Positions 8,698-18,124 of a stretch of 64,000 nt of DNA are shown piece by piece. Source of the stretch: Acidimicrobiales bacterium (lineage in GTDB: Bacteria; Actinomycetota; Acidimicrobiia; Acidimicrobiales; JAHWKP01); the NCBI GenBank assembly GCA_035526705.1, contig DATLBX010000150.1, positions 3,729-67,728 on the forward strand. Direction: 5' to 3'. Within the stretch, counting starts at the first letter, position 1, and each line of letters begins with the position of its first letter. The position numbers and the translations under genes are program-made. Below the pieces are notes generated by a model that was not told where the DNA came from, did no database searches, and saw only the letters and a list, made by a program, of their open reading frames with translations.

Positions 8698-9993
8698 TTA
8701 TTCGCTTTCGAGAAAGCCGCGCAGCTGCTGGCTGCGCATGGGGTGACGCAACTTGGCCAGCGTCTTCGCCTCGATTTGGCGAATCCGTTCACGGGTGACC
8801 CCGAACTTGCGGCCGACGTCCTCCAATGTCCAGATGCGGCCGTCCTCCAACCCGTAGCGCAGCCGCATGATCAGCTGCTCGCGCTCGGTCAACTCGTTCA
8901 GCGCCTTGGCGACTGCTTCCTTCTGAAGCACCAAAGCCGCCGCGTCGGCGGGCATCACCGCGCCTTCATCCTCCAACACGTCCGAAAGGCTGAAGTCGTC
9001 GCCATCTGCGACCGGCTGCTCCAACGAGATCGTGTCGTGCCGGATGCGCTGCACCTCCCGCACCCGTGATTCGGGCAGTTCCGCACGCTCCGCAATCTCC
9101 TCGACGGACGGCTCGCGGCCCAACTCCTGCATCAGCTGCCGCTGCACCCGCGACACCTTGTTCATGTACTCGACCATGTGCACCGGGATGCGAATCGTGC
9201 GGCCTTGGTCGGCGATCGCTCGCGTGATCGCCTGGCGAATCCACCACGTCGCGTAAGTCGAAAACTTGAAGCCCCGCCGGTGGTCAAACTTCTCCACCGC
9301 TCGCATCAGGCCCATGTTCCCCTCCTGAATCAGATCCAGGAAGGCCATGCCCCGCTTGCGGTAACGCTTCGCAATCGACACCACCAGCCGCACGTTCGCC
9401 TCGATCAGCTGGTGTCGCGCCTCCTCGCCATCGGCGAGAACGGCGGCGAAGGCCGCCAGATCCGCCTCGCTCATCTGCTCCTCGCCCGCTTCGGCCGCGG
9501 TGATCCGGAGTTTGGCCTCCTCCCCCGCCTCGAGGCGCTTGGAAAGGTCGACCTCTTCCTCGCCCGTCAGCAGCGGAACCCTTCCGATCTCCTTCAAATA
9601 CAGGCGCACCGAGTCCGCGGTGGCCGCCCGGCCGTCGCCGCTCACCACCGGCGACAGCGCACGCCCAAACCCCCGCTGCCTCTTCCGACGCCGGCTGCCC
9701 ATCGGCGGCACATCCACGACCGTGCGCGACGTCGCCTCTTCCGCCTCGATCTCGGCCACGACCTCGTCGATGTAGTCGATGCCCTCAGCCCGCACCATGT
9801 CGACGACCCGGGCAATCACGTCGTGGCTCAATTCCGTCGACGCCAACACCGTCATCAACGCTTCCTGGGTGAGCGTGCCCTTCTCCCGGCCGCGCGCCAG
9901 CAGCAGCGCAAACTGCTCCGGGGGCACGCCGGGAGGTAGCTCGCGGGGCCCCTGTTCTGGCTCGGAGTGCAGTTCACTCATCAGCGGCGCCAT
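8698..9993 (-). CDS. rpoD: Principal RNA polymerase sigma factor (group 1, SigA/RpoD/HrdB-type)
   Basis: Region 2 [29 protein letters not shown], plus regions 3 and 4 ([15 protein letters not shown]...[20 protein letters not shown]). Confidence 0.95.
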   Translation of the reverse strand: MAPLMSELHSEPEQGPRELPPGVPPEQFALLLARGREKGTLTQEALMTVLASTELSHDVIARVVDMVRAEGIDYIDEVVAEIEAEEATSRTVVDVPPMGSRRRKRQRGFGRALSPVVSGDGRAATADSVRLYLKEIGRVPLLTGEEEVDLSKRLEAGEEAKLRITAAEAGEEQMSEADLAAFAAVLADGEEARHQLIEANVRLVVSIAKRYRKRGMAFLDLIQEGNMGLMRAVEKFDHRRGFKFSTYATWWIRQAITRAIADQGRTIRIPVHMVEYMNKVSRVQRQLMQELGREPSVEEIAERAELPESRVREVQRIRHDTISLEQPVADGDDFSLSDVLEDEGAVMPADAAALVLQKEAVAKALNELTEREQLIMRLRYGLEDGRIWTLEDVGRKFGVTRERIRQIEAKTLAKLRHPMRSQQLRGFLESE

Positions 9994-10030
9994 TCCCTCT
10001 CAAACCGCTCGGTGCTGCTCTGACTCCATC

Positions 10031-11824
10031 TCACAGGCCCTCCTGCGGCCGTTCAGCCAGCCACGCTACCAACCGGTCGGTTGCTTCCGCGCGGGTGTCG
10101 TTCTCGTCCAGCTCCTCGATGCTCAATTTCAGCCACCCGACGACGGCGGCGATCTCCCCCGCCCGCTCGCTCTGTCTGGCCTCAGCCTCCAGCTCCGACA
10201 ACCTGCGCATTGCGGCGGACCGCGCCAGGAGGGCCGCTACATCCGCTGGATCGGCGTCGGCGTCCTCGACGGCGATCCGCTGCAGCAGCGCGGCCGCGCC
10301 CGGATCGGCGATCTCCAGAGCCTCCCCGATCGACCCGGCCTCCCTCAAGGCGATGTAGGCGGCGGCGTACAGCTCATCGGCGAACAACATCTCGTGCAGC
10401 AGCCCTTCCACCTGCTCCCGGCGGTGCGCCATCAGCCGCAGTGCCTCGAGCTCCGGGCCCCGCCGCGCCGGCCTGCCCCCGGGGGGTTCGGGCTGCCGAT
10501 TCGCGGGAGCACCCGCCCGCGCCGGCGCAGGAGTCCCCGCCGGCAAACGCCGTCTGACGTTGGCCAGTTCCCGCAAGCGCTCCGGTGCCAACCGCGTGCG
10601 GTCCGCCACCTCCATCAGATACTGGTCCCGCACCAAGGGATCCGGGTGTTCGGCGACCACCTGCATCGCGGCCGCGGCACCTCGCGCCCGCCCCTCGTTC
10701 GTCCGCAGGTCCGACGCCTCCAAGACCCGGTCCAGCCGGAACCCCAGGAAGGACCGGGCCTCGCCCACCGCCTTCTTCAGGCCCGCGGGGTCGCGCCGCG
10801 CCATGTCGCCCGGATCCGTTCCCTGCGGGAACGACACCACCGCAAGATCCAGATCGAGCTTCTGCTCCCACTCGTAAAACCGTTCCGCGGCTGCCTGGCC
10901 CGCGGCGTCCGCGTCATAGGCCAGCACAACCCGCCGAGCGAAGTTGCGCAGCATCCGGATGTGCTCTTCCGTCAGCGCGGTCCCACACGTCGCCACCGCC
11001 TGGGGCACTCCCGCCTGGTGCAGACCGATCACGTCGGTGTACCCCTCGCACACCACGGCCTCGCCCGATGTGACGATCTCACTCTTCGCCCAATTCAGCC
11101 CGTACAACGTGCGGCTCTTGGCGTAGAGCACCGTGTCCGCGGAATTCTTGTACTTGGGCCCTTCGCCTCCCTCCAGACGTCGGCCGCCGAAGGCGATCGT
11201 TCGGTCGCGGTTGTCGAGGATCGGAAACATCACCCGCGCCCGGAAGGCGTCCTGCCGCTTCTTCATTCGATTGACGAACCCGAGTCCCGTGTCGCGGAGG
11301 ACCGCCTCGTCGACATCGAGGTGCCTCGCCAGCGCGTCCCACTCATCGGGCGCCCAACCGATCCGAAACTTGCGGACGACCTCCCCGTCGTACCCCCGCG
11401 AGCGCAGGTACCCTCGCGCCGGCGCCGCGTCCTTACCGGAAAGCAACCGCTGGTGGTAGTACTCGACGGCCCGCTCCATCGCCTCGTAGAGCCGCTCCCG
11501 CTTCTGCCGGTCGCGCCCCTCGGCGCCCTTGTCGTAGCGAAGCGTGATCCCCGCGCGCGACGCCAGCCGCTCCACGGCTTCGACGAAGTCGAGATGCTCG
11601 ATCTCGCGGACGAAGCTGATGATGTCGCCCTTCGCCTGGCAGCCGAAGCAATACCAGAGCCCTTCCTCCGCGTTCAACGAGAACGAAGGCGACCGCTCCG
11701 CGTGGAACGGACACAATCCCGTCCACCTCCGCCCCACCTTCTTCAGCCCGACGTGCTCGCCGACCACTTGGACGGCGTCGGTCATCTCCCTTACGCGGGC
11801 GACGTCCTCGTCAACGATTCCCAA
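10031..11824 (-). CDS. dnaG: DNA primase
   Basis: Zinc-ribbon CPFHAERSPSFSL...WYCFGCQAKGD and TOPRIM motif VVCEGYTDVI. TTG start at 11824. Confidence 0.93.
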   Translation of the reverse strand: MGIVDEDVARVREMTDAVQVVGEHVGLKKVGRRWTGLCPFHAERSPSFSLNAEEGLWYCFGCQAKGDIISFVREIEHLDFVEAVERLASRAGITLRYDKGAEGRDRQKRERLYEAMERAVEYYHQRLLSGKDAAPARGYLRSRGYDGEVVRKFRIGWAPDEWDALARHLDVDEAVLRDTGLGFVNRMKKRQDAFRARVMFPILDNRDRTIAFGGRRLEGGEGPKYKNSADTVLYAKSRTLYGLNWAKSEIVTSGEAVVCEGYTDVIGLHQAGVPQAVATCGTALTEEHIRMLRNFARRVVLAYDADAAGQAAAERFYEWEQKLDLDLAVVSFPQGTDPGDMARRDPAGLKKAVGEARSFLGFRLDRVLEASDLRTNEGRARGAAAAMQVVAEHPDPLVRDQYLMEVADRTRLAPERLRELANVRRRLPAGTPAPARAGAPANRQPEPPGGRPARRGPELEALRLMAHRREQVEGLLHEMLFADELYAAAYIALREAGSIGEALEIADPGAAALLQRIAVEDADADPADVAALLARSAAMRRLSELEAEARQSERAGEIAAVVGWLKLSIEELDENDTRAEATDRLVAWLAERPQEGL

Positions 11825-11836
11825 CCCCGACGCGCC

Positions 11837-14590
11837 TCACTTCTTCTTACTGGAGGAGTTCTTACTGGAGGAGTTCTTGCTGGAGGAGGCAAGGACCGCC
11901 TGTGCCGCGGCCAACCGTGCGACCGGAACCCGAAAAGGTGAGCAACTTACGTAGTCCAGTCCTGCCCTCTGAAAGAACCCGATCGACTCAGGATCGCCGC
12001 CGTGCTCGCCGCACACGCCGAGCTTGATTTCCGGCCGGGCCTTACGACCACGCCGGACCGAGTCCAAGACGAGCTCCCCGACACCCGTCTGATCGATCGT
12101 CTCGAACGGGTTCCGCTCCAGCAGACCTTTCTCCAAGTACAGCGGCATCATCCGGCTCTCGACATCGTCCCGGCTGAAGCCGAACGTCATCTGCGTCAGG
12201 TCGTTGGTGCCGTAGGAGAAGAAGTCGGCGACCTCAGCAATCTCGTCGGAACGGATCGCGGCCCGCGGCGTCTCGATCATGGTGCCGATGCTCAGCTTGA
12301 TCCCCTTCGTGCTGCCCGCGCCCGCGATCGCTTCTTCAACCCATGAACGCGCCAATGCCATCTCCTCGCGAGTAACCGTGAGCGGGATCATGATCTCGAC
12401 GATCGGCTTGCCCTTGGCCTTCACCCGCTCGATTGCCGCTTCCATCAGCGCCCGCACCTGCATGGCGTAGAGTCCCGGCTTCACGACTCCCAGGCGCACG
12501 CCTCTGGTTCCCAGCATGGGGTTCGACTCCTCCCACACCCGTGCCCCGGCGAGCATGTCCCGCTCCTCGCCGGTGATGTCGCCTCGAGCCTCCTTGGCAA
12601 CCAGCTCCTCGGTCCTCGGCAGGAACTCGTGCAACGGGGGGTCCAACAAACGCACGGTGACGGGGAGCCCATCCATGGCCTCCAGTACCTCGATGAAGTC
12701 CGCCTTCTGCACGACACGCAGCTCCTCGAGCGCGGCCAGTTCCTCGGCCTCGGTGTCGGCCAGGATCATCCGGCGTACGACGGGCAGCCGATCTTCCCCG
12801 AGGAACATGTGCTCCGTCCGGCACAATCCGATCCCCTCGGCCCCAAAGTCCCGCGCCGTCCTCGCGTCGGCTCCCGTATCCGCGTTGGCGCGCACACCGA
12901 GTTTCCCCTTGCGGATGACGTCGGCCCACGCCAGAAGCGTCTTGAATTCCTCTGGCGGCTTCGCCGAGACGACCTCGACCTCGCCGAGCACGACACGCCC
13001 CGTCGTGCCGTCGATGGACAGCATCTCGCCGGCGCGCACGACGCGACCCGCGACACTGAAGGAATCGACCTCGATCTTCAACGCGTCGGCTCCCACGACG
13101 GCCGGTTTGCCCCACCCGCGCGCGACGACCGCGGCGTGCGACACCAGCCCGCCCCGCGACGTGAGAATCCCGACGGCCGCGATCATCCCGTGGACGTCCT
13201 CGGGCGACGTTTCCGTCCGTACCAGGATCACCCGCTCGCCGCGCGCTGCGGCCTCCGCCGCCGCATCCGCGGAAAAGCAGGCCGCACCCACGGCGGCGCC
13301 TGGGGACGCGGCCAGCCCCTTGGCCAGCACATCGTGTGATCCGGGCGCGAACTGCGGGTGCAGTACCTGATCCAGGACGGCGGGATCCACGCGAGCCACG
13401 GCCTCCTCGCGGGACAACTTGATCCGCTTGTCCTTCGTCATGTCCACGGCCATCCGCAGCGCGGCCGCGCCCGTGCGCTTCCCGACGCGGGTCTGGAGCA
13501 TCCAGAGCTTCCCCTGCTCGATCGTGAACTCGGTGTCGCACATGTCCCGGTAGTGCCGCTCGAGCCGGTCGAAAACCGCCAGTAGCTCGGTGTGGATCTT
13601 CGGGAACTTGCGCGCCAGATCGTCGAGGTTCTCGGTGTTGCGAATGCCGGCGACTACGTCCTCGCCCTGCGCGTTGACAAGGAAGTCGCCGTAGGGGTCG
13701 GGATCGCCCGTCGCGGGGTCCCGCGTGAAACCGACGCCCGTCCCCGAGGAGTCGTCGCGGTTTCCAAAAACCATCACCTGAACGTTGACTGCGGTGCCGA
13801 GATCGTCGGAGATGTTCTCCCGGCGGCGATATGCCTTTGCCCTTGCGCCGTTCCAAGAACGGAATACGGCCTCGATGGCACCTCGCAATTGCTCTTCCGG
13901 ATCCTGCGGGAACGGTGCGCCGGCGTCCTTGCGCACCACATCCTGAAAGCGGCCGACGAGTCGGCGGAGTGTGTCGGCCGAGATCGCAGAGTCGGACTCC
14001 ACGCCGTCCCATTCCTTCGCCGTGTCCAAGAGTCGATCGAAGTGCTCCCCCTCGACGCCCATCACGATCCGCCCGTACATCTGGATCAAGCGGCGATATG
14101 AGTCATACGCGAACCGAGCCGCGTCGTCCCCGGACTTACCGGACGTCTGCTTGGCGAGGCCGTCGACGGTTTCGTCGTTGAGCCCGATGTTGAGAACAGT
14201 GTCCATCATCCCGGGCATCGAGAACTTGGCGCCCGAACGGACGCTCACCAACAGCGGGTCTGCGGGATCGCCCAGCTTCTTGCCCATGTCCCTCTCGAGC
14301 TTCCGAACCTGCTTCGAGATCTCGGCATCGAGCGGCTTCGGCCACGCCTCTGCCCGGCCAGGCGCCCCAACCCGGCCTCGTCCGGAGCGTGGGGCCCCAT
14401 CCCCACGCCCGGCCGTTGCCCGGCGCATGTACTCCCGGCAGGCCTCGGTGGAGATCGTGAATCCTGGCGGTACCGGCAGGCGTAGCACCGAGGTCATCTC
14501 CGCCAGGTTCGCTCCCTTGCCCCCGAGAAGATCCTTCAACTCCATCGGCGGGCGACGGTGCTTGTGGTCGAACGAGAAGACCAAACTCAT
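11837..14590 (-). CDS. ppdK: Pyruvate, phosphate dikinase
   Basis: LLGGKGANLAEM, DPLLVSVRSGAKFSMPGMMDTVLNIGLND, phospho-His region GILTSRGGLVSHAAVVARGWG and C-terminal PEP-utilising domain GLDYVSCSPFRVP. Confidence 0.95.
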   Translation of the reverse strand: MSLVFSFDHKHRRPPMELKDLLGGKGANLAEMTSVLRLPVPPGFTISTEACREYMRRATAGRGDGAPRSGRGRVGAPGRAEAWPKPLDAEISKQVRKLERDMGKKLGDPADPLLVSVRSGAKFSMPGMMDTVLNIGLNDETVDGLAKQTSGKSGDDAARFAYDSYRRLIQMYGRIVMGVEGEHFDRLLDTAKEWDGVESDSAISADTLRRLVGRFQDVVRKDAGAPFPQDPEEQLRGAIEAVFRSWNGARAKAYRRRENISDDLGTAVNVQVMVFGNRDDSSGTGVGFTRDPATGDPDPYGDFLVNAQGEDVVAGIRNTENLDDLARKFPKIHTELLAVFDRLERHYRDMCDTEFTIEQGKLWMLQTRVGKRTGAAALRMAVDMTKDKRIKLSREEAVARVDPAVLDQVLHPQFAPGSHDVLAKGLAASPGAAVGAACFSADAAAEAAARGERVILVRTETSPEDVHGMIAAVGILTSRGGLVSHAAVVARGWGKPAVVGADALKIEVDSFSVAGRVVRAGEMLSIDGTTGRVVLGEVEVVSAKPPEEFKTLLAWADVIRKGKLGVRANADTGADARTARDFGAEGIGLCRTEHMFLGEDRLPVVRRMILADTEAEELAALEELRVVQKADFIEVLEAMDGLPVTVRLLDPPLHEFLPRTEELVAKEARGDITGEERDMLAGARVWEESNPMLGTRGVRLGVVKPGLYAMQVRALMEAAIERVKAKGKPIVEIMIPLTVTREEMALARSWVEEAIAGAGSTKGIKLSIGTMIETPRAAIRSDEIAEVADFFSYGTNDLTQMTFGFSRDDVESRMMPLYLEKGLLERNPFETIDQTGVGELVLDSVRRGRKARPEIKLGVCGEHGGDPESIGFFQRAGLDYVSCSPFRVPVARLAAAQAVLASSSKNSSSKNSSSKKK
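11844..11888. repeat. Three tandem 15-bp units at the 3' end of ppdK
   Basis: TTCTTACTGGAGGAG x2 plus TTCTTGCTGGAGGAG on the plus strand. These encode the C-terminal tail SSSKNSSSKNSSSKKK. Confidence 0.9.
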
Positions 14591-14616
14591 AACGCGAGGC
14601 TAGGACCTGCGGGCAG

Positions 14617-15918
14617 CTAACCGGCGAGGCGGGAGGCGACTTCTCTCTGCAGGTCCGCGATCGGGACCCGGACCTGCTCGGTGGTGTCCCGGTCCCGAAT
14701 GGTCACGGCCTTGTCATCGAGGCTGTCGAAGTCCACCGTCACGCACAACGGAGTGCCGATTTCGTCTTGGCGGCGGTAGCGCCGGCCGATCGACTGTGTG
14801 TCGTCGTAGTCGCACATCGCGATCGGCTGGAGCGTCTGCAGCACCTCCTCGGCAACCGGGGCGAGAGTGTCCTTCTTCGACAACGGCAGAACCGCCACCT
14901 GGTACGGCGCCAGGCGCGGGTGGAGGCGCAAAACCACGCGGCTCTCGCCACCGACTTCGTCCGTGTCGTAGGCGGCCATCAGGAACGCCATCATCGCCCT
15001 CGTGGCCCCAACGGCCGGCTCCACGACGTAAGGGACGAATTTTTCGTTCGACACCGGATCGGTGTACTCCAACTTCTCCCCGGACGCTGCCGCGTGACGC
15101 GACAAGTCGAAGTTCGTTCGCTGCGCGATTCCCTCGAGCTCCCCCCAACCCCACGGGAACATGAACTCGATGTCTGCCGTCCCGATCGAGTAGTGACTGA
15201 GCTCGTCGGGATCGTGATGCCGCAACCGGAGCGAATCCTCGGGCATCCCCAGGTTCTTGAACCAGTTCAAGCGCTCGTTGCACCAGTACTCGAACCATTG
15301 GCCGCTTTCCTCGGGCCTGACGAAGTACTCCACCTCCATCAGTTCGAACTCCCGGGTCCGGAAGACGAAGTTGCCGGGCGTGATCTCGTTCCGGAAGGCC
15401 TTGCCGATTTGAGCAATGCCGAAGGGAAGCCGCTTCCGCGTCGTCTGCAGCACGTTGCCGAAGTTCACGAACATGCCCTGCGCCGTTTCCGGGCGCAGAT
15501 AAGCGACGTTGGCATCCTCCGCCACCGGGCCCACGTGGGTCTTGAACATCAAGTTGAACTGTCGGGCCTCAGTTAGATCCTCAGACCCGCAGTTCGGGCA
15601 CTTGCCCTCGATCTGATCCGCCCGCCACCGCTCCTTGCACTTGCGGCAGTCCACCAGCGGATCCGTGAAATTCTTGAGGTGCTCCGAGGCCTCCCAAATC
15701 GCGGAGCTGGACAGCAATGCAGCTTCGATTCCGACGACGTCGTGGCGCATCTGGACCATCGACCGCCACCACGCGTCCCGAACGTTCCGCAGCATCAGTA
15801 CACCCAGCGGCCCGTAGTCGTAAGTCGATCGGAACCCGCCGTAGATCTCCGCGGACGGGAACACAAAGCCCCGCCTCTTGCAGAGACTGACGACAGTTTC
15901 GAGATCCGGAGCAGCCAT
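14617..15918 (-). CDS. glyQS: Glycine--tRNA ligase (class II, homodimeric type)
   Basis: N-terminus VVSLCKRRGFVFPSAEIYGGFRSTYDYGPLG and zinc-knuckle-like CRKCKERWRAD...CPNCG. Confidence 0.92.
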   Translation of the reverse strand: MAAPDLETVVSLCKRRGFVFPSAEIYGGFRSTYDYGPLGVLMLRNVRDAWWRSMVQMRHDVVGIEAALLSSSAIWEASEHLKNFTDPLVDCRKCKERWRADQIEGKCPNCGSEDLTEARQFNLMFKTHVGPVAEDANVAYLRPETAQGMFVNFGNVLQTTRKRLPFGIAQIGKAFRNEITPGNFVFRTREFELMEVEYFVRPEESGQWFEYWCNERLNWFKNLGMPEDSLRLRHHDPDELSHYSIGTADIEFMFPWGWGELEGIAQRTNFDLSRHAAASGEKLEYTDPVSNEKFVPYVVEPAVGATRAMMAFLMAAYDTDEVGGESRVVLRLHPRLAPYQVAVLPLSKKDTLAPVAEEVLQTLQPIAMCDYDDTQSIGRRYRRQDEIGTPLCVTVDFDSLDDKAVTIRDRDTTEQVRVPIADLQREVASRLAG

Positions 15919-15964
15919 GCGACGGCAGGGTAACTGGTGGGGGGCTCCGCACCCGCCTAATTGA

Positions 15965-16705
15965 TCAAGTCCGCGACACCGCTCCGCCGACTGATACGGA
16001 CTTCATGCGGCGTTCGAGGTGGTGCTCCAACGCAGTGGTGGCGAGACCGGTCACTTCCCTCACCGCGGCGCTCGCCGGCTCGCGCAGCGCGTCGGCCAGA
16101 CCGCCGCCAAAAACGCGTCGCATCAGGGCGAGCGAGGCTGCGTTCACGCCTACGACAGTCGGACCGCGGCGGCACGTTCGGCAGATCGCGCCTCCCATTT
16201 CCGGATCGAACCCCGCGAGCGCCTCGAGATCCTGCGCGCCGCAGGATGCGCACCGGTCGAGCAGCGGTCGGTATCCCTCCAACGCGAGCAGCTTCCAGAA
16301 GAACGCGCCGACCAGCAGTGGAGAGTCGGCCGCGGCGAGAGACCGTAGGGCTCCGACGAGCATCTGGTAGAGCCTCGGATTTCCCTGGCCTTCCTGCGCG
16401 ATCGAGTCCACCGCCTCCAGAACCGACTGCGCCTTGGAGAACCGGTCCAGGTCTTCGCGAACACTCCGGAAGTGGTCCAATACTTCGGCCTGGGTCACCG
16501 TGTCCAGGTTGCGTCCCTCATAGAGCATGAGGGCCACGTGACTGAGTGGCTCGAGTCGGGCGCCGAACCGGCTCTTGGTCTTGCGCACGCCCTTCACGAC
16601 TGCGCGGACCTTGCCGCGGCTCTCGCTCATCAACACGACGATGCGGTCCGCTTCGCCGAGTCGGTACGTCCGCAGCACCACCCCCTGCTCCCGATACAGA
16701 CTCAT
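15965..16705 (-). CDS. recO: DNA repair protein RecO
   Basis: N-terminus MSLYREQGVVLRTYRLGEADRIV and zinc motif CASCG...CRTC. Conserved position next to uppS and era. Confidence 0.9.
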   Translation of the reverse strand: MSLYREQGVVLRTYRLGEADRIVVLMSESRGKVRAVVKGVRKTKSRFGARLEPLSHVALMLYEGRNLDTVTQAEVLDHFRSVREDLDRFSKAQSVLEAVDSIAQEGQGNPRLYQMLVGALRSLAAADSPLLVGAFFWKLLALEGYRPLLDRCASCGAQDLEALAGFDPEMGGAICRTCRRGPTVVGVNAASLALMRRVFGGGLADALREPASAAVREVTGLATTALEHHLERRMKSVSVGGAVSRT

Positions 16706-16724
16706 GCGCCCGCCCGCCCGAGCG

Positions 16725-17447
16725 TCACTTCTTGACCTCGCCGAAGCGACGCTCCCTGGCCTGGTACTCCCGCACGGCTTCGAACAGGTTCTCGCGACGG
16801 AAGTCGGGCCACAACGTCTCGGTGAAGATCAACTCGCTGTACGCGATCTCCCACAAGAGAAAATTCGAGATGCGACTCTCTCCGGAGGTGCGAACCACCA
16901 GATCCGGATCGGGAATGTCTGCGTTGTAGAGCCTCTTGGCGATGGCGCGCTCGTCGACCTTCCCGGCGGCGACGCCGTCCTCCACGATCCGCTTGACCGC
17001 GTCCACGATTTCAGCCCGCCCGCCGTAGTTGAAAGCGATTACCAGGTCCATGACCTTGTTTCGTCGAGTGAGTTCGACGGTCTCGTCCATGCGCCGCACC
17101 AATCGTCGAGGCACCCTCCAGTCGCGCCGTCCGCTGAATCGCACCTTCACGCCTCGATCGTGCAGTTCGTCGCGCCGCCGGACGAGGATCCCTTCGTTGA
17201 ACCCCATGAGGTAGCGGACTTCGTCCGCCGGACGCCTCCAGTTCTCCGTGGAGAACGCATAGAGGGTCAGATGGCGGATACCAATCTCGAGCGCGCCCTC
17301 GACGGTGTCGAAGATCGCCTCCTCTCCGGCCCCGTGACCATCGGTACGCGGCAGGCCTCGACGAGCCGCCCACCGCCCGTTGCCATCCATGACGCATGCC
17401 ACATGTCGGGGCACGCGCTCCGGGTCAATCCCGGGGGGCATGGCCAT
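16725..17447 (-). CDS. uppS: Isoprenyl transferase (undecaprenyl/decaprenyl diphosphate synthase)
   Basis: HVACVMDGNGRWA, LTLYAFSTENWRRP and C-terminal ERRFG. Confidence 0.92.
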   Translation of the reverse strand: MAMPPGIDPERVPRHVACVMDGNGRWAARRGLPRTDGHGAGEEAIFDTVEGALEIGIRHLTLYAFSTENWRRPADEVRYLMGFNEGILVRRRDELHDRGVKVRFSGRRDWRVPRRLVRRMDETVELTRRNKVMDLVIAFNYGGRAEIVDAVKRIVEDGVAAGKVDERAIAKRLYNADIPDPDLVVRTSGESRISNFLLWEIAYSELIFTETLWPDFRRENLFEAVREYQARERRFGEVKK

Positions 17448-17462
17448 CAGGCCAACCTAGAG

Positions 17463-18041
17463 CTACGGACGCTGAGGTTGGCTGGTGGTGGTGCTTGTGG
17501 TCGTCGTGGTCGAGGCGGTGGTCTCAGGCGGCGCCTGCTGCTGCGGCGGCGGGTTGTTGATGATGACCGGGGGCGCAGCCGTCGGCGCGGGGGTCGGGGG
17601 GGGCGGTGCCGGAACGATGATCGGAGCGGTAGCTGCGGTGGTCGCGACCGTCGGTGGCACGCTCACTGTCGTCGTCGTTGTCGTAGCAGTGGGCCCGTCT
17701 CGCGACAGCGCAACCGCAAGTACGACAATGAGGACCACGAGGATCGCCGCCGCCATGAAGATGAACGGGCCGCTCCACCAGTTGTCGCCGGAGCGAACCA
17801 CCGTCATCGGCTCCTCGACGAGTGGTCCGGGCTCGTCGACCACCGTGGTCCGGCGGAGGGGCTCTGCGGCCACCACGGGCGCCACCATCGTGGGGTCGGC
17901 TTCGGTCGCCCGTGTCGGCGTACCGCACTTGCTACAGAACTGCGAGCCGACTTCGACTTCGGCCCCACAGCTGCGGCAGTAGATCGGTCCACCGTCGGTG
18001 GGTACGGCTTCGGTATGGGCCCCGGGGGGCTGGTCACTCAT
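17463..18041 (-). CDS. Zinc-ribbon membrane protein with Thr/Pro-rich tail
   Basis: CRSCGAEVEVGSQFCSKCG zinc ribbon, one TM helix (FIFMAAAILVVLIVVLAVAL) and a T/P/A-rich low-complexity C-terminus. Confidence 0.65.
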   Translation of the reverse strand: MSDQPPGAHTEAVPTDGGPIYCRSCGAEVEVGSQFCSKCGTPTRATEADPTMVAPVVAAEPLRRTTVVDEPGPLVEEPMTVVRSGDNWWSGPFIFMAAAILVVLIVVLAVALSRDGPTATTTTTTVSVPPTVATTAATAPIIVPAPPPPTPAPTAAPPVIINNPPPQQQAPPETTASTTTTTSTTTSQPQRP

Positions 18042-18124
18042 TGCACTGGCTCCTTCCCACAGGCCGGAGGCTCCAATCCGCTGGCACTTCGAGGCGAGCC
18101 CTCATTGGTCCCAGTCTGGCCCGG

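Noticed and set aside
9779-11941. 720-aa plus-strand ORF
   Set aside because: Antisense to dnaG and to the rpoD 5' end. Extremely Arg/Pro-rich with no recognisable domain. The minus-strand genes have unambiguous motifs.
12336-14012. 558-aa minus-strand ORF inside ppdK
   Set aside because: An alternative frame of ppdK with Arg/Gly-dominated composition typical of off-frame high-GC translation.
17470-17700. GGTGGT/GTCGTC-rich repetitive DNA
   Set aside because: It encodes the Thr/Pro/Ala-rich C-terminal tail of the zinc-ribbon membrane protein. This is coding low complexity, not a structural repeat element.
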